From Macrostomum lignano (lineage: Eukaryota), in contig NIVC01001580.1 of NCBI GenBank assembly GCA_002269645.1, positions 62,001 to 126,000 on the forward strand: 64,000 bases of DNA, read 5' to 3'. Below the pieces are notes generated by a model. It saw nothing but the letters and a program-made list of their open reading frames with translations, was not told where the DNA came from and did no database searches. Shown in pieces: positions 10,707 to 21,089 of this stretch; the first letter of the stretch is position 1; every line of letters begins with the position of its first letter. Made by a program: the position numbers and the translations under genes.

Positions 10707-13700
10707 TCATGGAACCACATGATCGGTGACCATCCGGTAATACACATTATAGGCATTCTTCACCTCGAGGTGCTTCACTCCCGTCAGCCTCTTCTCAGCG
10801 GTCATGCCTGGGAACCGGCAGGTCACAGTGGTGTACACAATGCAGCCCAGGGTGAGAAGTTCGTCATCAACCGACCAGATTGCATAGCGGTGGGCGCCCT
10901 CGAATCCCGGCTTCTGCAGCATGTCGTTGAGGAACCGCGACCGGCCGGTTACCTGCTGGAGTAGCGGGTTGAACACGCCAGGGTAGAAGCCGTCCCGGCT
11001 GTTGCATGTCTTCAATAGCGGACTGAAAAGAAACCAGGAGCACAGTTTTGTCTATGGCACTGAGCCGGATATCCAGTCAAGAAATCTCGCCTTCACAATT
11101 ACGCTAATGTGGCTTTGTCGGTATTAAGTCATGAAGTCCCTTTCGGGTTTTTGATTTACATCAACAGAAATCTGAGTATGTAACTTTATGCGCGCACATT
11201 GTCTCTTAACTAAGTATGCAACCTAAGCGGACGCCCCCTCCCCGAAATAACTTGATATAACATATTGCGCCTCCCAAACCTAAGTTTTCGCCCTTTAAAC
11301 TTGATTTTTCGCCCCCTACACGCCTTAAGCTACATGCCTTAATTGTAGCTTAAAAATTGGCGCCCCAAACTTCAACTGCCCCCCCCAAAAAAAAACTGCG
11401 GATCATCTATCGAGGCCAGACTTACGCCAAAAAGCAATTGGTCAGTCCATAGTTGCCGCCAGCCATGCCTACGAAGGTGTCCACCCGACTGGTCAACGGT
11501 TCACCCAGATTCTGTCCATCCAGTAGGCCGCCTTTGATAGCCTTACGCGCCAGGGTTACTCCCATAGAGTGCGACACAATGTCCACCTTCCTAGCGCCCG
11601 TGTATCGCAGCACCGCTAGAATAAACTGCCGAATATGGCTCACGTAGGCAAAGCTGTGAGTCTGCTCTCGAGCCTTGGATTTGTCTGCCGGGCCCCAGGT
11701 GGAGGCGTAGAGCTCAGCTGAGCTGTAGCCTATTTAAAAATTTGGGTTTAAAGACGATATAAAGGTTACTATAACAAATGATAATTTCAACGTAAAACAG
11801 TTGGGCAGTTTTACTAAAGCTCAATGAGCAATTGTCAATGTTAACCAAATTTTGAAATTGCGGTTACTAAGAAACCTTGAGATTCGAAATATAGCACTAG
11901 AAAGCATCTTTCATCCTGTTCAATAGAACCATTGCTAAAAAAACAAACAAGTTTTTTTCGAAGCAGTTGAAGCCTATTTGCCGCATGAAGTACCTGTTAA
12001 ATCTACCTGGGGTTCTACGCTCGTAAACCCTGCTGTCAGCAAAACAAATTTCTAAATATAGTAGGGACGAGTTGAAGGTTTTGTTTTAATTCAGCTTGTT
12101 GCATAGAGTAACAAATCAATTCACGGTCATATCCTGTGGTTAGTTTTCGAAAGCAGCTGCCTAACAGGTCAGCAGCAGTACAGCTATAGTTGTTTTTCAC
12201 CCAGGTAAGAAATGAAAGCTATAATAATTGCAAAAAGGTCAGAAATAGTGGATAAACTTTAATAGCATTCACTCCAGTCCATCCTACATTCGAAAATTTC
12301 TTAGTCTTGCTGTGCCTCGGGAATGGATTTTCTGTAAAAAAACTCGAATTCCCACTTTCTTACACCATAAAACTTTGCAGCTTGAACTGGACGAGAATCG
12401 GGGTTTGTAGGGACATTCACCGACCAGAGGCCGTAGCTGTGGGAATGCGGAGTTTGTTTTAAACGCCGGCTTTTTCTTGACACACAACAGACGAAGAGAC
12501 AAGCGCGGTCAAGCAGCGGGGTAAATGGATGGTGAAAACACACAGCACGGCCTTAGTAAAAATTGTCAAAACACTGACTGACTGACTGACTGACTGGCTG
12601 AATGATCCAAAATGCAGTCAATAGAAATTGTGGGTCACGAAAATTTTTGTCGTTTTGTTTTTTTAAGTCGTAATTTGATTGATGTACTGAAAAAGTCTGA
12701 CTCATTTCGGTCCCCTGGCAGCTTGAATTAATGTTAAACTTCTTTTTAATGCTTTGATAAAGACAACCACCATTCCTTTCACGACAGAGAAGCTGCTTTG
12801 CACCTACTCGCAAGTAGACAGTAAAAAATACAGCCGAAATTTTTGTCAAATAATACGCATGTTTGTATAACAAGTATACGAAGTAATTTTACTCTAGGGT
12901 TGTAGCCGAGTGGTTAGAGCGTCGGATTCATGACTGGAAGGTCGGGGGTTCGACTCTTGACGTACTCGGAACAATTTGTGTCCTTAATTGAGCAAGACAC
13001 TTACCTCTTTATTGCTTCAGTTCACCCAGTTGTAAAATGGGTTGTGGACTGAACAGCCGTACGCAGCCTTCAGATGCGCCGCGCAATAGCTGCGGCTGAG
13101 CTGTCAGCTGCACATGTAGCCATATTAAAGTAAGAAATATGAAGTATTTGGTGCCTATTATAGTCATACTCATACCTGACTCACTCACAGACAGTTTGGA
13201 AGGCTGACAAATCAATAGTATAAGCCCTATTGACTTGTGAAAAGGCCATAAAACACTTCAGATTTCAAGTTCTTTGTTATTAAAGGAACGTCTAAAGACC
13301 ATAAAACTACATGTACAGATTCGTTGCCCAAGGTGTTAGTTAATAAAAATGCTCGAACATTGTGAACTGTAATTGAGAGGTCTGATACAAAGCATCAAGT
13401 AGCAGTCTCACCTCGGCTCTCAAAATAGGCCACAGCCTTAGTCCAGCCTCCCATTTCGCCACCCAACGCCCGATCCGAGTTGCCGTGTACAAAGATAACC
13501 GGATCGCGTGTAACTCTGTCGGTGGCAGCACGGCGACCTCCAAAGCTTCCGCCACTGGCACCACCAGCGAGGTCGTCTCTGGCCAGAGCTGCGGCATTGA
13601 ATCCGTTGTTGCTTAGCCAGAGTCTGAAATGGCTGGTGAGCCCGCTGTCTATGGCCAGGACTGCCGGCAAGGGCAGAGCACTGAGACAGAGAAGGATCCG

Positions 13701-13724
13701 ACAAGTTGTTATTAGCGCGACCAT
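10707..13724 (-). CDS. Secreted lipase/esterase, Lipase_2 (EstA / Bacillus LipA-like, nematode lips-like) family (310 aa)
   Basis: Exons 13724-13412, 11729-11426, 11022-10707 (933 nt, phases 1 and 2). Signal peptide; oxyanion motif [10 protein letters not shown]; nucleophile VSHSMG; putative Asp SVDDELL and His KHLEV. AATAAA on the minus strand at 10686-10681. Confidence 0.92.
12896..13122 (+). mobile_element. tRNA-derived SINE, family A, in lipase intron 1
   Basis: Pol III A box TAGCCGAGTGG and B box GGTTCGACTCT, then GAGCAAGACACTT...CTTCAGTTCACCCAGTTGTAAAATGGG (CORE/V-like body). An inverted partial copy lies at 17572-17765. Confidence 0.8.
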
Positions 13725-14465
13725 TGTTGACTATTGTTGTGTGTGCTTATTCTGCAGCGGCTGTTGCGTTATGCCAATTTGTGCGGAATAATGAAGACCC
13801 TTCACGTTGCAAAGGCTGATTTATCTGAGCGTGTATTCGTGCTTTATCTGAGAATTTAGCATTTTGGAGGAGTGCTCTGTCTCTATACACCTGGCTCGTA
13901 CCAGTACATTGGAACACTAGTACTTTCGGCGGCATGAAAATTTAATAAACTGTTACTTCGAGGTATAACCTTCAACTGAAATCAATGAGCTTTGCATGTA
14001 ATCGTCTTCTGCCTCGGAAAAATCGAATTTGATAGCTTCTTTCTGTTTCTTAATTATCGCAGAAACGGAAAAAAGCAGCAACTCGTGTTGAAATCAAACA
14101 ATTTTCCTGTACTCGTATTAGTCTATCAGAGTGGATTAGCAGATCTCAGGACTGAGTTGGGTGGGCGGGGCTTCCTTAATCCTACGGTGATGTCACTGAA
14201 ATCAGTGAATTTATCCGTCTAAACATGCAATCGCTTCTTTGACATGGCTATTCTTGGAAAGACCGGATCACGGAACCGACTGGAGCATGAATATACTAGA
14301 CTTCGTAGAAATTTGATCTATTTCATGAAATTATTGATTTGAAGCTCCCAGCCTTCTATCAATCTCGGACAAAAATTGTCCCGGACAAAGGTGTTTGCTA
14401 TATGATTCTCTTTTTTTCTAAAAGTACCAAAAATACACAAAATAAAACCTTCACAAAGATAGCAG

Positions 14466-14980
14466 ACATTCCCTCTAAATGAAAGCATACCCCAGACAGC
14501 AAGCATCCCCCTAAATACCAAGCATCCCCAAATAGCAAGCAAGCCCAGACAGCAAGCATCCCTAAAAAGCAAGCATCCCCCTGATAGCAAGCATCCCCGG
14601 TAGCAAAGCAACTCCAGACAGAAAGCATCCCCCTGATAGCAAGCATCCCCGGTAGCAAAGCAACTCCAGACAGAAAGCATCCCCCTGATAGCAAGCATCC
14701 CCGGTAGCAAAGCAACTCCAGACAGAAAGCATCCCCCTGATAGCAAGCATCCCCGGTAGCAAAGCAACTCCAGACAGAAAGCATCCCCCTGATAGCAAGC
14801 ATCCCCGGTAGCAAAGCAACTCCAGACAGAAAGCATCCCCTGATAGCAAGCATCCCCGGTAGCAAAGCAACTCCAGACAGAAAGCATCCCCTGATAGCAA
14901 GCATCCCCGGTAGCAAAGCAACTCCAGACAGAAAGCATCCCCAAATAGCAAGCACCTCCAGATAGCAAGCACCCCCATAT
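14466..14980. repeat. 51-52-bp minisatellite built of three ~17-bp subunits
   Basis: Unit CCCTGATAGCAAGCATCCCCGGTAGCAAAGCAACTCCAGACAGAAAGCATCC, ~7.5 copies, with degenerate 17-mers on both flanks. Confidence 0.95.
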
Positions 14981-15480
14981 AGCACACTTGGTCTTGTTTT
15001 CAATTTATTGACGGCGCTGCACACGCCCAATGTAGATAAGAGTCGAGTAAGAATACAAGGGCAATGGTAATCCGACACTGCCACCGACCAGAGCGCTGGG
15101 TGGAGGCGAAATCCGACACAGCATCGGGACCCAGCAGCTGTCATCATTAGCCCCCAGTAGGCCTCTGGGGAGGCGGTTTCCCAGCTGGCCTGACTGGCAT
15201 GAAAGAGGAACTGGAGAGAGTGCAGTTGTTGAGAGGGTGATGGAGGGTGAGCACATTTTTTAATCGATAGTTATGAAAACTGCTGCTCTCGCCCAATGAA
15301 ACCACAGGGGCCTGTGAGAATGCAAGGATCGAGAATTATGGGATATATTTAGCTATTAATTGGTAAAGAGGGCTGGTTTGACCTCATAATGAAAGCTCTT
15401 GTCGAACTGAACACAAACTTCCAGGTCTCGTCGCGTGAAAGTACGTGTGAATTCGAACAGTAATAGTTTAATAGAAGACA

Positions 15481-18149
15481 ATGGCCGTTGTCAGGACAAC
15501 CACAGCTGCTGCTGCCACCAACGAGAAGCTATCAGGAAATGTCTATCTATTCGGGTATGCAACAACGGATACTTGTAGTCATATGCAGGGTAAATAATCA
15601 AATATCTAGTGCCGTGCGAGGCTTATTGCTCTGTAAATATATTTCCAGTAGTTTGGTGTTGGTGTAGTAAGCATCATTGAAAATATGATCATATCTCTTA
15701 AAAACCACTCACATCACAAGCCCGAAAAATCACATCGTTGAAAAGCATCCACCATCAGAAGCTCAAAAAGTCCTATGCTTGAAAAATCTCATCGTTTGCG
15801 AAAAATCACAAAAGTAACCAAACCTTCGCAAGCTCGAAAAGTTACAAGCTCGAAAATTCACATCTTCGAAAACTCATATAACGTGTAGCAGCCACTAACA
15901 CAAGCTCGAAAAGGGTTAGAAATAGGGTTAGGGTTAGGGTTAGGGTTAGAGCTTGTGCCTTTTCGAGCTTGTGTTGGTGGCTGCTAGATCAGTTTTCGAC
16001 GATGTGACCTTTCGAGCTTATGATGGTGGCTGCTAGATCAGTTTTTGACGATGTGACCTTTCGAGCTTATGATGGTGGCTGCTAGATCAGTTTTCGACGA
16101 TGTGACCTTTCGAGCTTGTGATGGCGGCTGCTAGATCAGTTTTCGACGATGTGACTTTTCGAGCTTGTGATGGCGGCTGCTAGATCAGTTTTCGACGATG
16201 TGACTTTTCGAGCTTGTGATGGGGGCTGCTAGATCAGTTTTCGACGATGTGACTTTTCGAGCTTGTGATGGGGGCTGCTAGATCAGTTTTCGACGATGTG
16301 ACTTTTCGAGCTTGTGATGGGGGCTGCTAGATCAGTTTTCGGCGATGTGACTTTTCGAGCTTGTGATGGTGGCTGCTAGATCAGTTTTCGACGGTGTGAC
16401 TTTTCGAGCTTATGATGGCGACCCTTTCATGGTGAAGCGTCAATTAAATTAAATTCTATTTTTTATCCGATTAATTACTGAACCGGCTTCAGAATTTTCA
16501 ACTCGCCAGGCGACGAACAAGTGATGGGCAACATCTTGAAGTCTTGCGGATTAATTCTTCTTACTGTGATCATTGCCTGCCTGCTGGTGCAGCTGAAACG
16601 GTGTCTGTCGCGCAGAAATCCATCTATTTCTAGCAGGCGCGCGCCTGTTATTACTAGAGTCTTAGGTATGTATTGCTAATATATAATATTTCATTTAAGT
16701 ATACTAAGCAAATGGGGGACGTAAGCGCTTAGTGGCCCAGCGCGGCGCTCTGATGTACCAGCGGCCCAGGCTCGATTCCAAGTGCAGTCACATAATTTGG
16801 GGCTAAACTGGATTCTCGGCTTGGCTCTGCATGCTCGCGTCAAACCCCAAGGCACAGTGAAGTGTACATACCTAACGATAAATAAAGTTAGGCCTGCGCT
16901 GTACACTCCTGTGTGAGTGTGTGCCTGTGCGTATGACTGCGTACGTATCCGCGCGCTGTGTACCTGCATGCTCAGGGGAGTCGGCGGAATGGCAGTAATG
17001 CCTCTCGCCGTTGTGTGAAAATGTCGCTTAAACTGCGCCAGGATGCACACAGCCCCTTGCCTGTTAACAAAATTCTGAGTAAATGAGTCATAGAAGGAAG
17101 TCTGTATAATGTTTGAATTTATATGATTTGCACTTTTAATTCGGCTCCAGAATTCCATTCTTCGATAAATATTTCAGAGGCCAGACCATGCTTTAGACAT
17201 CAGGTGCAACCAAATTTTCACCAATCGCCTCTGCCACCGTCTTATAGCGAAATCGATTGTGAGCGTTTGACTTTTGTTATTACGAGGTATATGTACATGG
17301 GCGGCACTTCGGTAACAAGTTTGGAGTTCCAAATCAAGGCATACAACTGAAATAACGGAGAGTTCAAAATTGCGTTGAAAGCCAACAGGGCTGCATGTAG
17401 GAGTCGCCAGGAGTATTTCAGAAAGAAAATCACCGACAGCAGTCGCTGTTAACGCGTGTTTTGACAGTTGCTCTTAAGTTGGAAAGTTCACAATCAATTG
17501 TTTGTTTGCAAGTAAGCTTAACAATATTAATTGATTACACCTGCCCCAATTGGGCCAGATGTGCAACCGACAGCTTAGCCGCAGCTACATGTATAGCGCG
17601 GCGCATCTGAAGGCTGCGTACGGTTGTTCAGTCCAAGGACTGGGGGTCGCCACAACCCCCTCAATTACCCCAATTCTAAAAATGCTGGCACCCATTTTAC
17701 AACTGGGTGAACTGAAGCAATGTAGAGTTAAGTGTCTTGTTTCTCATGGACAAAAATTTTCACTAGGTCATTACCAAAGAGCAACGGTAGGCATGCGCTC
17801 ATTCATGTTGTACAGTGCAGGCCTTGAATTCCTCATGGACGTGAGCCACACGAAAGCCCCAGACCAGCCTAAAAGTTATAGCGACCACGAGCGCACTCGA
17901 TAAAGGCGCATTACCGCGCTGAGCTACTAATTTGAACTATTTAACATGCTCTTGATGAAGCTGACACCTAATTCCACCCCTCCATCAGTATCGGCGGCCA
18001 CGGCCTCGCCCTGCTACGCTGCTCAGGATCACCCAGCGACGACCGCGACAACACCGCAGCAGCTGCTCCGGACGCCGTCGTTGAGCAAAGCTCCACCTCC
18101 GTACACCTTCCAAAGTAAAGTTCTCGGCTTTATTACCGGCTTTTATTAA
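15481..18149 (+). CDS. Candidate single-pass membrane protein with two PPxY motifs (~177 aa; additional 5' exons possible)
   Basis: Exons 15481-15589, 16510-16665, 17151-17258, 17989-18149 join in frame (534 nt, all phase 1). TM segment ILKSCGLILLTVIIACLLVQL followed by KRCLSRR; cytoplasmic LPPSY and APPPY. The SINEs and the 49-bp array fall in its introns. Confidence 0.5.
15700..16430. repeat. Palindromic repeat element: inverted arms around a (TTAGGG)n tract plus a 49-bp tandem array
   Basis: Left arm (~15830-15915, ...CACAAGCTCGAAAAG) is the reverse complement of the right unit (CTTTTCGAGCTTGTG...). GGGTTAGAAATAGGGTTAGGGTTAGGGTTAGGGTTAG lies at ~15914-15949. About 9.5 copies of TTTTCGAGCTTGTGATGGTGGCTGCTAGATCAGTTTTCGACGATGTGAC follow. 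Confidence 0.9.
16714..17055 (+). mobile_element. tRNA-derived SINE, family B
   Basis: Head GGGGACGTAAGCGCTTAGTGGCCCAG...GGCTCGATTCC (A and B boxes); body colinear with the reverse complement of 26578-26930. Confidence 0.8.
17572..17765 (-). mobile_element. 5'-truncated copy of SINE family A
   Basis: Reverse complement contains CAAGACACTTAAC...TTGCTTCAGTTCACCCAGTTGTAAAATGGG and GGACTGAACAACCGTACGCAGCCTTCAGATGCGCCGCGC, matching 12990-13100, plus an internal ~55-nt segment absent from that copy. Confidence 0.8.
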
Positions 18150-21089
18150 CCTCTATATTACTGAGCAAACCAAAAATACATTTACAGACAATCCAGCGGA
18201 TCTGGGAGACCCAGACGATGACGAGCTTCCAACTTACTCTTGCGTATTGAGAACACTCAGCCACAACCAGCAGTGACTACCGATTGAAACTTACTAAATG
18301 AATTTGTTATGTCTTACTTAGTTGAAATCGGAAGAATTTAAATAATGCGAAACCCCCAGACTGAGGATGACAATTGTGAAGCATCATATGCGGATGAACT
18401 CAGTTGAGCCTTATTTAAAATAATAGTGCTCGCTTTAAGTAAATTGTGAAATCGGAGCGGTACCTTTAGAGTCGAAAAACTCAACCTAACAATTGAAAAT
18501 AAAAACCTTTCAACTGCAGTGTGCTGTGATGCAGTGCACCTCAAGGTGGAGATCGAGATGTACTATTAAGGTATGCATTTTAAATGCTAAACCTTAAATT
18601 GTTGTTTTTCGTCAAATCTTCAAATCTGATGCTAAGGCGGATGTTTATTTAGTTATTAAAAGTTTATGCAAGCGCGTAATATCTTTAATTTTTTGTGTTG
18701 CTGATCTATACGTGCAGGTGACTAAAGAGACATATATTTTGCACATGTACCGCAAGTTTGATGGGAGAATGTAAGGGCTTGTGCACGAAGTATGTCGTTT
18801 GTCGAGGAGTTGTCGTGTGCGACTCACACGTCTTGCACAGAGGGTGTTACATGTTAGATGATAAGTGAGGGCCCGCTGAGCTAGAAAGTCAGGGTCCGAT
18901 TGCTATACCCTGTGTGAGCGGTGTACGTGTGTATGAGTGCGTACAGTATTGGCCCAGGAGTCACGGAAATGCGCAGAATCGCCTTTCAGCGCTGGTTGTG
19001 GAACGAAATCGTCAAAGGCGTGTGTCAGGGTTACTCGCGACTTCCGACTATATGCATGCATATTCCACTATTAAACAATCAAGTTTGTCTTGCTACGATC
19101 AGAGCAGAGCCCTAAAATAATTGGTTCGCAGAGTTACATGTGTACGTGATCAGAATGAGCTAGTGCATTCAAAAGTAGTGCGTTACATGTATCTGTCCAA
19201 TGTAATATATGTAAGCTAAAATTTTCCGAACGCCGAACGTATTCTGAATGAAAAATGAAGCTACAGTGTGTCAGAGTTTTCAATCTGTACTTTACCGAAA
19301 GACTGAAGTCCAGTGTACCGAAAACCTTGTACAGTACAAGGTACAAGGTCCCGTGTGCCGGATATAGTCATCTACAAATTCTCGAGCGTTGCTAAGCAAT
19401 ACCGGTTTTACTGAAAGGCACCTGCACACAATGGTTAAACTGCACCTGTACAAGAGCCAGGCGCTGTGCACGACCAACTTCCTGTGTACGTGGAACCAAT
19501 GCGCCAGGGTTCCCGACGACTCACTGAAATTATCGAAATTGAAATTATTGACCGTAAAAACCACAGCATGATCATCAAATGCTCTCGAGGCGCTGTACAT
19601 TAAATAGCTCTAAACAGTGGCGGATCCAGGATTCCTTTTTTGGGGGGGGGGGGGGGCGGACAGGCAGACAAGGGGCGCACTACTGCTAGAGGGGCGCCAT
19701 ATGCACCTAGCACCTTAGTCCTTAGACCTTAGCTATATTCTTCTCAATGTCATCTGTGATAATTATTGACATGCAAAGCAATATAAATTAAATGGCTAAT
19801 TGACTTTACACAAAATGTAAATTTCTTGCTGTGTGGTAGTTTAAGCTTGTCATTTAGCTGCAATGAAAGTAGCATTAGGCCTAGGCGTGTAGCAAATTGG
19901 AAAAAATGATTAAACAGCTAAGTCTCAAGTAATGTGTTTAGCAACTGCTTGAATGTCAGCCGGAGGGACATATTGTCATATTGACTATAAAATGTGAATA
20001 GGTAGCTTTATTAAAGGTGCAATTGCAATGCAAGCTTTATTAACCACCCAGTGGGGATATTTAGTACGCCTAACCGTACGCAGACGGCAGTGCTCAATTC
20101 GGGGCGACAGTGAATCTCGCCAAGTCGGTGCTGCGCCTTGCGCTGAGCGTACGGTAACATTTTTAGGCAGCACAAATTCACTGATTCTACTGTTAGTAGT
20201 ATGATGAAGATATTATGCTTAAGCGGACCCACCCTGGAGCGCAGCTGCGCAGCTCGATTTCGTGAGCGTAGTTGCACCAACCTGCACAGTATAATGACCA
20301 GTTATTAACCATTAACTGAAAATGCATGTACCATCCCCTAATCATCAAATAATTTTCAGGAAGAAAGGGAAAGGGAAGAGAAGAACAGTTTTTATATTAT
20401 TTGTTTCCATTCGGTGTATTAACAATGAAAAATTTTTAAATGATACAAACAAATGACAATAATAAGCACTTTTACACATACTAGGTACTAAAGAAAAGAA
20501 AAATACCAATAACACGTAAAAGGTACCTTAGGTATAATTATATTTAAAACATTTAAAATAGATTGTAAGACGAATTATAGAATTGGAGAAGAGTCAAGAA
20601 GATAGTGAAACAGCTGACAGGAGACGGAAAGAAAATTCGAGATTTAAAGAAAATTTAAGGATTTTTCAGCAGCGCAAATTCCCTGATTTTACTCTTAGTA
20701 GTATGATGGTTGCATTATGCTGGAATTTTTAAGATCCCACTACCTATTTTAACATTCCACTATCAATTTTAGGATTCCATCGTGCATTCTAATTAAGATC
20801 AGTCTTAAATTATGAAAAGGTACTTTAGCTGCTATCCAACACTTTCCAGCCTTTAATAATTTTATCATTCACTGTCAATGTCACTGTCTTCTAGAGACCT
20901 TCTCCTGGCACCTGGTGCTTCAGTTAAAAAACCCTGGGGCGGATGCCAGTCGGAGTCCGAGTTAGAACTTAAATCTGTTGTTTAAACATCCTTAAAATTA
21001 AGCTTTGAGGATAAAAATCCACATAGCTTGACTAATAGCAAATAGTTGTTAATAGCAAAAAGACGGATGCTTGCAGAAAGGGTGAAAAT

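Noticed and set aside
12896-12975. tRNA gene
   Set aside because: Has A and B boxes but no closing acceptor stem and continues into a repeated body, so it was called a SINE.
14318-15147. Long Cys/Leu-rich ORFs on the minus strand
   Set aside because: Translations of the 51/52-bp minisatellite.
18840-19110. Possible fourth SINE-B copy
   Set aside because: Only one short similar block (CCCTGTGTGAG...TATGAGTGCGTAC); insufficient.
20934-20950. Internal TIR-like CTGGGGCGGATGCCAG inside the hAT
   Set aside because: No matching partner or TSD; the outer TIR pair has the TSD.
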